From Octopus bimaculoides (lineage: Eukaryota): 64,000 nucleotides of DNA. A program made the position numbers and the translations under genes. Each line of letters begins with the position of its first letter. The first letter of the stretch is position 1. Below are positions 11,645 through 25,337 of the stretch, piece by piece. The stretch covers positions 2,738,540-2,802,539 of the forward strand of contig NC_068999.1 in NCBI RefSeq assembly GCF_001194135.2. The letters are read 5' to 3'. A model generated the notes under the pieces. The model made no database searches. It was not told where the DNA came from and saw only the letters and a list, made by a program, of their open reading frames with translations.

Positions 11645-11805
11645 ATATATACGACGGGCTTCTTTCAGTTTCCATCCACCAAAACCACTCACAAGGCTTT
11701 GGTCGGCCCGAGGCTATAGTAGAAGACACTTGCCCAAGGTGCCACTGAACCTGGCACCATGTGGTTGGTTAGTAACCTACTTACCACACAGCCACTCCTG
11801 CGCCT
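11645..11805 (-). mobile_element. CORE-type SINE (octopus OK/OR-like); other copies at ~14275-14410(-), 22290-22430(+), 40745-40915(-), 53452-53600(+)
   Basis: Shared gcaccttgggcaagtgtcttctactatagc core, a tRNA-like head and a (TA)/(TG)n tail. Confidence 0.8.
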
Positions 11806-14800
11806 ATAAGACTATTCTTCAAAGCAAGACTGGATTGTGTCATGAGGTCTGCTTGATCTGGGTCAACAATATGGAATTAAAGAGCAATACAAAATCCTGG
11901 GAAATAATTGGGACACACTTGCCAAACAAGTGCAGCTCTGAATTAAGGTTTATATTTTTCTGAAACCAGGGGCGGGGGAATGGAGTAAAATTGTTACAAT
12001 CACATCTCGAAACCAGCTAAAAAATGATGGTGGGAGTGAGAGGTTGTGAGGTTTATGCCTTATCTATGGACATTATAGAGTGAAGCGAGTTCAAATAAGA
12101 ATGGAAAATGATGTGCTTACTCAGTTATTTCTAAAGTTTCGAAAGTTTACTAAATTATTACAAGATGTTTAAACTTCTCTGGCAATTTTACCTTCAAATT
12201 TCCGTTTTTTAAGGTTCACTGACAACTTGGGAAAATCAAAGAGGTTTCACTTTTTTGACCCAACATTTTCCCATCCAGCAGTCCAAGTAGAATTTTCGTC
12301 ATTGGCACTCCTTTATCCTAGTTTTTAATACAATGTAGATAAGTTTTTATAGCAATATTTTAACTTATCACTTATACACACACCCCTGTTTCTTAAAATA
12401 CTTGAACTCTATTTAGCAATGGTTACCCATTCTTTTGTAGCTAGGAGAGCCATATTGTCCCTTAAAAAGCATTTTACTATCATCTTGTCGTATCTAGCCC
12501 ATTAACAGTTATGCCCTGACAGGAAAACACTTCAGCTCTGGTCTTACATGAACCAAAAGTAAATTTATTCCCTTTTGGTCTTATCTTATTATTTTCCATT
12601 TTCTGAATAGAAAATTATTTTTAACTGACTCAAACTCAATGGTTTGATCACCTTTAGACTATTAATTCCAAATACTTTATCTGATGCCTCATATTTTGTG
12701 ACAATGAAATATTTTTGATCTATTTCTGAAATTGTTTTCTTTGCCTTATCATTGACTGTTGTGAAAATGTGACTTATTTGTTTCTGGTTGCTTATCAGAT
12801 CCTCCTAAATCCATTGTTTTATTGGAGTCTGACACATCACCAGTCCCACGATGTTTTTTTTTTTTTTACCTCAAGGTCAGCAGCAATGATCGAGCAGACC
12901 CATGATGGAAGGTTTTCCAACTATGACCATTCCGTCTTTTATTCAATGTTTCTAATACTATATTATCAAAGGTGACCTATATATATATATATTTATTTAA
13001 AAGATGTTCTGAATGAGATTTGGTTGCTATTTCTCGTATAGGTCACGCGACAACATAGAGCTTGCCTTATCATCAATCTATCTCATGATGCCATAAACGA
13101 TTGCTGACTAAGAAGGACATGACGGGGAGGGCGGGGGCGGCTTCATCGTCGTCGTGGTTACAATATGCTCAACTTGTTTACACAGAAATTTAACGATAGA
13201 TTTGTAGCATCTGAGGATGTGAGTTAATGGTGGTGGGTGTGTTTTAGAAGAACCTGGGAGTAATTAAGTCTAGTACAATTAGAGAGAGAGAGAGAGGTGG
13301 GGGTTAAAAAAACCATCAACCGTTGTTGCGGTATGTTGGCAATTGACGCCGGTGAAACACATAACTGGTTCCTTAGAAATGTATCGACCTCATAATTACG
13401 AAACGAAATCGAAGATAATAATCCATAATATACACATTTATATTATTTGTAAGACAATTCATCTGTTGTGCTTCATTCACTGGCGCTGTAGGTTCAAGTC
13501 CAGATATATTCATTTTTCGTTTGATAAGAAAATAAGATTGTAGTAGACAGTATTAAAGCTTTTTACCAACCGAGTTGTAATATAGCGAAATAATATTTTA
13601 TACAGAGATTATATGATTGCCGATTATATTTCCAATGCCTTACCATTGTAAAAAGATTGTTTAGTTTTTGACGTAATGATAATTTTTTTTTTTTTTTTTT
13701 AAAAAGGTTGATTTTTCGTGTCGGTGTACTTGTAGACATTAACCAAAAATAATAAATAACAAGTCATAAATTGGTAGAAGTGACAAGTATAAAAAGGATT
13801 ATAATTTCCAAAGCACGTTTTCGCCCATATCTGCCCCTTCAGTTCTATCTCTTCAGACTTTACATCATCTCAAGCATCAATTGCGTCAGAAAAAGTTCAA
13901 TTTCAAAAGAAATTACGTATTTCTTGGTTTTCTAAAAAAAAATTTTTTTTAATTCCTAACAATCTTTGAGATGTGCAAAGTGTGTTCTTGTTGTTTTTTC
14001 ATATCAGAATATGGTGAAACTATACGATTATGAGATACCAAAAATAGAAATACTCAAAATAAGTGCAGAGCATATATTCAAGTCTCTTGTTCATTTATTT
14101 CACTAAAACAGACACGTTAAGGACTGTTTTCGTTTAATAGTTCTTTTCCCCCACTTTTCCTCGGATTTTATACAAGATCTTTATGAGAGATTGCAAACGA
14201 TCCATTTAGAGGAGCAATAAGTCTGAATTAAGAACTAATATCTGGTAGAGAGGATCTGTATATAGTTTCGGGTAGGAATCGCATTCTTTCAGTTTCCGTC
14301 TACCAAATCCACTTGCAAAGTCTTGTCCAAGGCTATAGTAGAAGACCCTTGCCCAAGATGCCACACAGTGGAACTGAACCCTGGGCTATGTGGTTGGGAA
14401 GCCTCTCAGCCTAACAAGATGTAAAACAAATCTATATTTGCTTCTTTTACTTTTAATTTCATGTCTCTTGCATTCTTCTTTCTCTTCTTTCTTACCCCCC
14501 CTCTCTCTCTCCTCCCTCTCGCACAATCTTACTCATTAGCTAACAACTCCAACATTGTAATTTTTCAAAAAACTTTATTCTTTGACTCCTCTTACCGATT
14601 TTCTTCCGCTGCTGACACACTTCTATGCTTTCTAGCCCCATACACCAATACGAGATGTCTTCTCAAGACAAATGCTACAATATTGAACACTTCTTACAGT
14701 GTATCCATGTTAAGTTAGATATACAAATTACTTCTCTTTATATTACTTTCCCCTCAGCAAAAAACAACCACACCACTCCATCAAATATCTATTAATAATT

Positions 14801-17068
14801 CTTCCTGGTATTCAATAAAATAAGTCTTTTATTTTCCATTTTATTCTGGTTTGAAATGGCAGCAGTTAATTTTCCACCAAACTGCAATATCCAGTTATGA
14901 CTGCATACTTTGGTATGTCCGTAGTTTGACTTTTTCAATTGAACTTCTTTCATTATTTAAGGAAAAAAAAAATGTACCTAGAAATGTTTTGTGCATTACT
15001 TCACTGTAATAGCTATGTTTTGCCCCTGACTGAGTCAACAGAAGCCTATTATTAACTAATGTAACATCAAATAGCAACTTAATAGTTATTCTTTAATAGT
15101 TAAATCAAGATTCATCTTATATTTTTATTTAGAATTTTTTATATTTATTTCGAGAGTGATGCATTTACTTCTTGTTCAAGAGTAAGGCACCAATACTTGA
15201 GTCTTGAAATTCCTTTTGTGATAGAAAATATGTGAAGAAACTCTTTCTTAAATAAGCCAAAGCTGGTTTACTTGATACTGGTCAAAGAGTTAACAGTCTA
15301 TATTGTCATTGATTCTATACTGTGTCAACTGATTCTGTCCAACCATCTGTAAATAAGATGCTACATGGGTGTGTGTGTAGAATAGGAGAGTTTTAAAATC
15401 ATTGTTTTATTTGTTTTTTTTAACGAAGTCTTCATAGATACCTGTAATGCAAAAAACTTAATGTTATGGTTGTATAGTTCTGGCATAGGCCAAGCAAATT
15501 TTGTGAACATTTGTGCTTCAGTTTGACATGCAAAGGGGTTGGTACAATTAGGGCCCATATTGATCCGTCTGAGGAAGAAATCAGCTACTTTGTCTTTTTC
15601 TTTAACAGTTTCCATTCTCCTCTAGACTTTACCTTTAATATTTCCATCAACTTCCTTGATGTCTCTATTGCTAGACACTCCTAAATCTGTTTATCCCTTC
15701 TCTTAATCTCATCCATTCTCCTGCATTATTTTAAACCAACAGCTTGGCTGAAAGGAGAATTCAATGTTGGTAAAAGGTAAAAAGTTCCCTGATAAACTCT
15801 TTGCAAAGGATCCCTGCCTACCTTGAATGTATATAACAATCATATTTAGATGTTATTGTTGTCAGTGCCAGATGATTAGACAAAGGTCATGATAGCTTTT
15901 AATTATCAAATTATCATTACTTCCAGTATAATGTAAAAGTTAGATTCTTAGAATTGATTTTATTTTCAATTTGTTGGTGTGAATTCTAATGAGAATCACT
16001 TATTAATCGATTTTGCATTTGTTCACATCACCTCTAACAATGTTCTTCAATTTGGATAATTTCGATATATTTTCCATGGTCTACATCCTACTTTCTTTCA
16101 TAATTGGTTTTATGGGTGAGTAAGCCTCCATGGTTTATTTTAATAGTAAGCTATTATTAAGATCACCATCATCATCATCATCACCATTATCATTGTCAGT
16201 TATACTGGAAACAATAGTTATTATTGTTAGTATAATGCATAACTAATTCTGGCTGGTTTGAAGCCTTTATAATGACTGACATTAATTCAGTTTTGTCTAC
16301 TTAATAAGATTGCTTTAAGGGTTCTTCATGAAATTCTCCTGCCTATTCGTCCGGACATTGTCTTTTTGTAGTAAACTGTAACTTACCAAACCTATTTCAG
16401 ATCATTTGAGGCAGCAGATGTTGATGAAACGTATTTAGCATTTTTATAGGTTTTAACCTCTCTGTTGTGTTGTTTGCATCCAGATTGATCCTAATTCTAT
16501 TCTGCAATCAAAGTTAAGTGGTCATTTCTTTAACATCAGTTTGGTTTTGAGTAAAAAATCTGAAAACATCATTATCATTATCATTATTATTATTATCATT
16601 ATCTTCTTTCAATTTTGTTTCCTTTTCTTGCCGAGTGTCTTCCCAACACCTAGAGCAAAGAAGCGCACTGTATACATTGATAGGCCCCATTAAAATAAAC
16701 ACACCAGATTGTTCATTTACAAAGTCATATGATAGAAAAAGAAGGGGAAGAAAGACAGAAAAAAAAAGAAAAAGAAAACAGAAAATAAAGAGGGGAAAGA
16801 AAAGAAAATTCACAGCGACAATGCTCTTCTCAGTACGTGTGACCAGTTACCAGTTAAGACATTCTTTTGCACTTCCTGCATGGATGGTAAGCCAGGGGTC
16901 ATCCTCAAATAATTTTCATTCCCCTTTTTTTTATCCTTCCAAATGCTCCCAAGATCACTGGTATCGTAACCTTCGTCGTTATTGTTGTTATCATATCTTT
17001 CTGCTATTACAATCCTGACTGTTTCTTCTTCAATTTGATTTTCAGTTTCCCAACACTTTTCCAATCCA

Positions 17069-17176
17069 ATGTCCGAAAGTATGTCGGGAAGGAAACGAAA
17101 TCGAAATCGAGAAGTTGTAGCTGCATCATCAGAACCTATTGGGATTCGAGCCCCTCGTCCTTTACCCATAGACAGC
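17069..17176 (+). CDS. PCYT1: PCYT1 coding exon 1 (MSESMSGRKRNRNREVVAASSEPIGIRAPRPLPIDS)
   Basis: Acceptor at 17045, ATG at 17069, agc|gtaagt donor; basic RKRNRNR resembles the CCT-alpha N-terminal NLS; phase 0 into the next exon. Confidence 0.75.
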
Positions 17177-18488
17177 GTAAGTATTATTGAAACCATCACT
17201 TTATTAGGGGTACCCCTTTTGTTGTCAAAAGTGTCTGCTTAGAAATATGATTTACGTTTGCTGGATTTAAGTGGGTTTCTTTTTATTTTAAAAGTTTATA
17301 TTTTCAAATTAATAATCAAAAAATTAAAATCATTTAGTAATTAATGCAAATATCAGCTAATGGAGTGGTTTGTGAAAATTGTTAATGTTTTTATTCCTTA
17401 TATTACTAGATAAAATCATTATGACATTTTAGTACCAGCTTCATTAACAGAAAAATGATTAATTATTATTTAAAAAAGTCATCATTCATAGTATGGAAGG
17501 CCTGCCATAGAGTAGTAGGCATCTCATAGAATGGAAGATCTCCCATCCATTTCTTTGTGATTTCTCCCTAATTTCTTGAGACTAAACTGCATCTAATTCT
17601 ATCAGTGATCTTCACTTGATTTCCATCCTTTAATCATTTTACTCGTAGATGTCTCCATTGCCATGAAGAATCTCAAAGGCTGGTGCTTAAACTTTATGTC
17701 TTGGATGAGTCTCACACACATACACACACACATACACACACACACACACATACACACACACACACACACACTGTGTATTCTGTCTGTTTCTTTTACCAAA
17801 AACAAAACAAAAAAATTTTTTTAATCTTATACAATTCCAATACAGAGTCTGAGTGAGAAAATTGAATGAAAATTTGCTGATTCCAGAATAATTCTACATG
17901 TCTTGTATAGCAGTCCATCATTTACATGGTAGATAAGTTCCACGTCTGGCCATGTAAATTGAAACCATCTAAATGAAGGAACCTGGCAGAATCTTAAGAA
18001 ATGTCACAAAAAACATCCCTGAGCTGTTTGTTTTGGATCCTTATGTATTGAGTTCTTATTCCACTGAATCAAATTTGCCCTTCATTTCTCTGGAGTTGAT
18101 GGAACAAAGCATTACCTAAGTACTGGAGTTGATAGTCTTGTCTAACCTCATTCCCCCTAAATTATTGGTTTTGTGCTCAAAGCAGAAACAAATAATGGCC
18201 TCTGTTCCTGTCAACCAACTTTCGGCTTATCACACATCACTGAAGCCCCCCTCTCCTCCTCCTCTCTGCCATCCATGGTATCAATCTCACCTTCTACTAA
18301 GGCCAAGAGTACAGCCCCATCATTCTCCTCCCCCTTTCACTTCAGTTTTGTGCAATAATCAACATCCTAATCCATTGCTATACATTTATAAGGAAGTATG
18401 AACAACTTGTGTCAATGTTTGAGAATATTTCACTCACTCTTAATTTGATTTCACTAAGAATTCTGACGTGACTTCCTTGTTATTTCAG

Positions 18489-18594
18489 AGTCCCGGTGCT
18501 GCACCATTCCATTACGATGAAATTGCGACTCAAGAAAGAGAAGCCTGTGACTATTCCATTAAAATTACATATGAGATGGCTCTGGCAGGGCAAG
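18489..18594 (+). CDS. PCYT1: PCYT1 exon 2 (SPGAAPFHYDEIATQEREACDYSIKITYEMALAGQ)
   Basis: tttcag| acceptor and caag|gtaaca donor; matches the CCT PAPFSDE...VTMEEA region. Confidence 0.88.
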
Positions 18595-19262
18595 GTAACA
18601 TCTTTGAAATATTTTCTCGTTAACAGGTGAAACTTCTCATTTTATAAACAACTGTATTTTCCTGAGGCCCATTCTCTTAACGATTGCTTCAGCCGTTTGA
18701 AGCAGGAGGAAACATTTCAACAATATTCCAATTACATTTATTAGGATTTGGGATTTAAAACCTGCTTGTTATTTTCTTGAGTTTGTTTCTCTTTTATTTT
18801 AAACAACTTTACATTATTTACATTTGACGGAGATTTGTCCACAACGTTTTGGCTGATATACCTTCCAGTTTTCATCAGGTGTCTTGGGGAAATTTCAAGT
18901 ATCGGTATTTTTAATAACAATCTTATCCTTATTTATATAAATTTATATATATATATATATATACATACACACACACACACACACANNNNNNNNNNCACAT
19001 ATACATAATACGTATGCAGAAAATTACATCAGATAAAATAAATTAAATTAAAATCACAAGCAGGTGAGATTTTAAAAGATTTGTAATTTTCTGTATACGT
19101 ATTGTGGTCACCCAACCTTGAGATTCTAATAAAAAATATATATGTATACATTTGATTGTATTCTCAATTGGAATATGCATTGGCTCAATATATTGAGTCC
19201 TTTCGTGTTATTTTGTGAAAAGAGTTACACTTTGTTATTATCTAATATATATATATATATAT

Positions 19263-19301
<39 letters not shown>

Positions 19302-20966
19302 CATATATATAATTAAAACCTGCTTGTTATTTTCTTGATTGTGTTTCTCTTATCGTTCAAAAGTAGGGCACCAGTACTTGAGTATTGAAGTTCCTTTTGT
19401 TATAGAAAATATGTAAAGAAACTGTGTGTGTTTGTGTATACACACACACACATACATACATACAGCATGTTTGGGCTATATTCAACAGATTTCTCTCTCT
19501 CTCTCTCTCTCTCTCCCCAGCCGGGTAGCTTTGTACCTCCTCTACAGTAAGACACCTGTTGGAATTTCAACCATGTTTCATGGTCTCATGCCACAACAGC
19601 CCCTTTATAGGATCCAGTTAGCTCAAGGCATCATCAGGAGGAACCACGTCTGGTTTTGGCCCCTACTCCTCTACCGTTTTGACGTGCCCCCCCCCCTTTC
19701 AAAGGTGTCTTCAGCTCTGGTGTTGAGTGCATGTCTTCTTTCTTCTGTCCCCTGGCCTCTTAGATGCAGCGTCAATGAGTGTCAGCGGCCGACTGACTGT
19801 TTTGTCAAATTTCCCAAAAGCCCTGTTCAAAGATGTGGGGCTGCATGATGTTACCCTCACTGGAGACATACCCAAAGACCATTACAGTTTGAAAAACTTG
19901 GTTCTTATGATAGGTGAGACATCATATAGATTGTAGGCAAGTGCTCACAGAGCATTGAACAGCACTCATGAATTTGGCATTTTGATGTCGTCTTGATGCA
20001 GGTAGTTTGTCCCGTCCACCTCTGACTTTTAGTTCATGCAATTGAAAAGAACTGCATTATTTGTGGTATGACCCAATATTATGGATAGGTGTGTGTACTC
20101 TTGTTTTTGACATCATGTGATGTTGGTAAATGACCATCACCACCATACAAATGGTGTCCGTTTCCAATTTCTTGTATGTCAGCACAAGTGATCTATATTT
20201 TATTTGCAGCTATAGATTTATTAGGTAAATCATTTTTAATGGTTTAAGTTGTTGTTGTTGTAAGCAAGAACAATAGAAATGCTTTGACTATTTCTGATTC
20301 ATTATCACATGACTTGGCCTTTGATCCCGAGTTATTTTCAGTTGTGAGGATATGGTGTGTCACTCTACTATCTCTATGTTTGCACCATATTTTTTAATAA
20401 AAATAATCTTTTGTGACTCCGGTTTTAATTTCTGTAAAATTCTCCGTAAGAAGATAATATTGTCATTAATAAAATGTCCATAACAATAACAGCTGCTGTT
20501 AATACCTCTTCTTCCTGAAGGTAAAATGCAGGTCTTGTCTGTATCAGGACCACAGCGTCTTGCCTATCATGCATCAGTAATTTCATTCAGAGTTACCATT
20601 CTCCTAGACTGGTTGCCTGCATGTCGGTTGGGTGGGATCCACATTGCTTCTATGCTGGGTTTTTTTTTTTTTGTATGGTTGACCGACTGGTTGATCTTTC
20701 TATAACCAACCGTCTTACAGTGTAGACTAGGGACATTTTGTAGTGTTGCTGATATTAAAGAGATTGCTGTTGGAACAGCAAAATGGCGCAGGTGACTGTT
20801 TTAATGACCCTTCCTGAAGGGTCGATAAAATAAATACCAGTAATACATAGTGGTAATACATCTGACTATAATTGTCTCTAATATATTTGTGGCCCTGAGC
20901 CAAAGCAAGAATTCTTTATTGTTTATTTAATGTTTGTTCATGTTTCTTTATTTGCCCTCCTTCTAG

Positions 20967-21080
20967 GACGCAAGGTCCGAGTTTATGCTGATGGCATCTA
21001 TGACATGTTCCACAGTGGCCATGCTCGACAGCTAATGCAGGCTAAAATGGCGTTCCCTAACTCATATCTCTTGATTGGAG
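20967..21080 (+). CDS. PCYT1: PCYT1 exon 3 ([37 protein letters not shown])
   Basis: HSGH cytidylyltransferase motif; ctag| acceptor and |gtaagt donor. Confidence 0.97.
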
Positions 21081-22453
21081 GTAAGTTAGTTTTTATTCAT
21101 CAGTCATTTTGACGTTTCTATAGATACCATACTGGCACTAAGAAACCTGATCATACAAGACATTTCAGTAGAATAGAATAGAGAGAGAGAGAGAGTGTGT
21201 GGATGTGTTGTGTGGATGTGCAATTTGGTAGTACATGTTAAAACATGCAAAATTAAAGAGATATTTGAATGTCTTTATATTTCTAATGTTTTGTTTTGTT
21301 CTAAAATTTTAATACTTTTTTCATGTTTTGGTGTTAGATTATATATAAATATTTTAACACTTTGCTGTGGCCAACATTTTCAGATTCGTTCAAATAATTC
21401 CTTTCGAGGGAAACTTTTTTTGTAATATTTTGTCATAAATTCTTAAGAATTCCAAACTAAAAGCTATTCAAAGAAAATCATATTAGCATATCAACCTCAA
21501 AACTTCATTGATTCTTTGGCAAAATCTCTTGATGACTGCTACTTCATTTCTCCCAGATGGCCTTTATTATCAGCTGGACACCTTCTCCAGTTGACCAACA
21601 AAGTAATAGNNNNNNNNNNCTTCATTTCTCCCAGATGGCCTTTATTATCAGCTGGACACCTTCTCCAATTGACCAACAAAGTAATAGGAAAATGGCTGAA
21701 GTTTACTGCTGGACACTGTGTGAAGACTCTACTTGAGTTGCCTTTTAGCTCAGTCCTCAACTGGGCATTAACCCATAAGATGTGGGCATCTTTTCAAAGC
21801 TACGGACAAGATACTAGCAGTAGACTGTGTTGATGGCATGACTTGCTTTTGAGGACACAGGAGACATGTTATGTCTGTTTTAACCACTGATACATGTGCA
21901 AGTTGTAGTTGACTGGTGGTGGTGGTAGTGGTGGTGGTGGTAGTGGTGGTGGTGGTGGTGGTGGTGGTGGCAGCGGTAGGTTAAATGAATGGAAATGTTG
22001 GTTTTGAAAACTTTATTGTTAAGTCACTTCCTAGTATTGAGAAATACTGATTTCAAATTTTGGCACGAGGCCAGCAATTTTTTCTGTGGGAGTGGGGGAG
22101 GGAGGGATAAGTTAATTACATCGAGCCCAGAGTTCAGCTGGTACTTATTCTATCAACCCCCGAAAGAATGAGAGGGAAAGTCGGTGAAATTTGAACTCAG
22201 AACGTAAGAACAGATGAAATGCCACAAACCATTTTGCCTGGTGCTACCAATTCTGGCAGTTGGCCATCTGAGTATTGAGAAATATTGAGACCATAAAACA
22301 CGTGTGTGTGAGTGTAAATCACACATGGGTTCAGTCCCACTGCGTGGCACCTTGAGGATGTGTCTTCTACTATAGCCTTGGGCCGATCAAAACCATGTGA
22401 GTGGATTTGGTAGAGGGAAACTGAATATATATCATCATCATCATCATCATCAT

Positions 22454-22930
22454 CTTATAGAGTTTCTACATACGCCTTTTCTACAGATCAAGCAGGGCCA
22501 TCTACCTGAAGGGATTTGTGGTTTGTCTGCCTTCCTACTTATTAGGACTTTGGTTTTAGCTAGGTTGACTCTATGGCCCTTTGATTCTAACCCTTGCTTC
22601 CACACCTGAAACTTCTCTAGTTTTGATAGTGACTCAACAATTATTGCAAGGTCATCAGCATTGAGGAGCTCCCAGGGGCATCCTGTTTTGAATTCCTCTG
22701 TTATTGCCTGGAGGACTATGATAAATAGGAGGGGGCTGAGGACTGAGCCTTGGTGGACCCCTACCTCTACCGGGAATTCTTCACTGTACTCGTTGCCAAC
22801 CCTCACCTTACTGACAACGTCCCTGTACATGGCTTGCACAGCACTCACTAACCTTTCATCTATCCCTAGTTTCCTCATTGACCACCAGATAAGGGATCGG
22901 GGGACCCTGTCAAAAGCTTTCTCCATGTAT
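22454..22930 (-). mobile_element. RTE LINE reverse-transcriptase fragment in PCYT1 intron 3
   Basis: EKAFDRVP...GVHQGSVLSPLLF...LLNADD (YADD mutated)...VNLAKTKVL...WPCLICRKGV. Confidence 0.92.
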
Positions 22931-23261
22931 ATATTTGTGTGTCTGTGCTTGTCCCCCCACCATTGCTTGACAACCAATGTTGGTATGTNNNNNNNNNNNN
23001 NNNNNNNNNNNNNNNNNNNNNNNNNNNNNNNNNNNNNNNNNNNNNNNNNNNNNNNNNNNNNNNNNNNNNNNNNNNNNNNNNNNNNNNNNNNNNNNNNNNN
23101 NNNNNNNNNNNNNNNNNNNNNNNNNNNNNNNNNNNNNNNNNNNNNNNNNNNNNNNNNNNNNNNNNNNNNNNNNNNNNNNNNNNNNNNNNNNNNNNNNNNN
23201 NNNNNNNNNNNNNNNNNNNNNNNNNNNNNNNNNTACATATATATACATATATATATACATA

Positions 23262-23457
23262 CAGCAGAACCTCGGTTTTTGAACAACTCTGATTGCAAAT
23301 AAATTGTACTTTATCTCCTGTCTTTCTCAAATTCATTTAATATAGTTTATGAACTCCTCTGATCACGTATAAATCGTGCTTTATATATGTATCAACATAT
23401 ATATATAAAGCATTATTTATTCGCGATCAGAGTTGTTCGAAAACCGAGGTGTTACTG
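23262..23457. mobile_element. Tigger/pogo-like MITE, 196 bp
   Basis: TA|CAG...CTG|TA with ~43-bp imperfect TIRs (cagcagaacctcggtttttgaacaactctgat versus reverse complement cagtaacacctcggttttcgaacaactctgat). Confidence 0.85.
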
Positions 23458-23798
23458 TATAATTATTTCTAATTTAAGCAGAAAGCCTGAAATTTAGCAG
23501 GATGGGTTTAATCGCTACCATCGACCCAATACTTTACTTGTACTTTATTTTATTAACCCTGGAAAGATGCAAGGCAGGGTTTAACTCAGCAGGATTTAAA
23601 CTCAAAATATAAAGAGCCACGAGAGATGCCACTAAACATTTTGCGTGATAAGCTAATGGTTCTACCAACTCGCTGTATTAATAATGGAATGATAAAATAT
23701 TAAAGATACAAGTTGACAACATATTTCTAAATAATGACTATTTCTGATTGGTATAATTAATATAATGTTAAAGAGGTGTAATTGTTATGAATTTGCAG

Positions 23799-23950
23799 TA
23801 TGTAACGAAGAACTAACACATCTCATGAAAGGACGTACGGTTATGGACGAGTTTGAACGTTATGAAGCAGTTCGACATTGTCGTTACGTTGATGAATTAA
23901 TTACTGACGCTCCCTGGACCATTACTGATGACTTTTTAGAGAAACACAAG
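23799..23950 (+). CDS. PCYT1: PCYT1 exon 4 ([50 protein letters not shown])
   Basis: Conserved HCRYVDE..APW motif; AG/GT sites; phase 1 to 0. Confidence 0.97.
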
Positions 23951-25254
23951 GTATTCCAATCATCATTTGAGGGTCATCTTTAATTAAGGATTTCAGTAAT
24001 TAATAACTTCCCATCTTTGTCTCTTATTTTATATCACACCAACATTCCATTCTGTTGTTATATAATCTACATCATTATATACACTGCTCAGTGCTATTTT
24101 ATTTATATATATCCAATATGTATCCAGTGCCAACAGTTGTTATATAGCCAACACTTAATAACACATTTGAAATTGTGCAATTATGCAATTAACTTCTATA
24201 ATCAATGCCATTATGTAATCAACCGTGTTGTTGATTAGCTAATAGTGTCAATATGTAATCAAGACTATCATTATAGTGTGGTTAGTTATCGTTGTGCAAT
24301 AATCCACATCATTATACATTAGCAGAGTTATTTATGTGTTTAACAGTATTATTGTGTATCATGGAATCTGTAAGAGCAGTGTTATGGAATGAAGTGTCAT
24401 AACTTAATCGGCAAAACCGTTATGCATTCAATCAATCAACTTCCTCCGCTTTCCCCTCCCACCTTTCCTCCGTCTCCCCTTCTTCCCTTTCTCCTTCTTC
24501 TGCCTTTTCTTCTCCCACCCCCTGTCATCGTTGTTTCACATTAATTTTCCCAGGCTTCCATGAGGCAGATTTTCTGCCGCTAGATGTTCTTCCTGTCACC
24601 AACCCTCACCTGTTTCCAGCCAAGGTAACATTTCCCCTTGGCCAGACATGTTTTATCTCATGGAAGACTGGAAACAAACAACCTCATTTGTATGGCAATG
24701 ATTCTTGTTTTGCATCTTCCTCTGCTCTAAGGACTGGGTCATCAGTATTTAGGGCTTCCATAATAAACAATGTCCATATTGAACCAACAATGTCTTCTTA
24801 GAGTCATTAAACATCCTCATGGTCTTTATTTTCTTTTACTTTCTCAATAATTATTTTTTCCTTCCTTCTCTTCATTTTCTAATTTCTATTCCTCAACTTT
24901 ATTATAAATGGTGTCCATTCTTGGCACCTGTTGAATTACACTTTTCTTCTTTAATAACACTTTAATAAGATAAATCCTATGCAAAGGTCACATCTCCATT
25001 AAATGACCTTTTCAATGTTAAACAGGTGACACTTATGTAAATAAGTTTAGTGTTTTCTTTGTTTATTGTTTTTACCTGACAATATTGTCACATCTGTCAA
25101 ACTTGAAAGTAAAACAACTCACATTCCTCTGAGGAAATTTTTTTTTTTTTTTAAATTTTGTTGCTCAAGCTGTTTCTGTTTTTCTTTTGTCTTTGCATTT
25201 ATTGTTTTTTTCACAAATTTAAATTTTAAATTTTGTTTATAAAACTATTTCCAG

Positions 25255-25337
25255 ATTGATTTTGTTGCTCATGACGATCTCCCCTATGCTGCTGTGGACA
25301 GTGAAGATGTCTACAAAGACATCAAAGCACGAGGAAT
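25255..25337 (+). CDS. PCYT1: PCYT1 exon 5 ([27 protein letters not shown])
   Basis: [10 protein letters not shown] motif; ccag| acceptor and |gtaaat donor. Confidence 0.97.

Noticed and set aside
11349-11670. Apparent tandem duplications flanking 10-N gaps (also 21542-21687 and 27854-27995)
   Set aside because: Identical or 1-SNP overlaps on both sides of a minimal gap are typical unmerged contig ends or haplotypes, not biology.
15361-15615. Minus-strand ORF METVKEKDKVADFFLRRINMGPNC...
   Set aside because: No recognisable motif, no convincing splice partners, and the 3' part is low-complexity.
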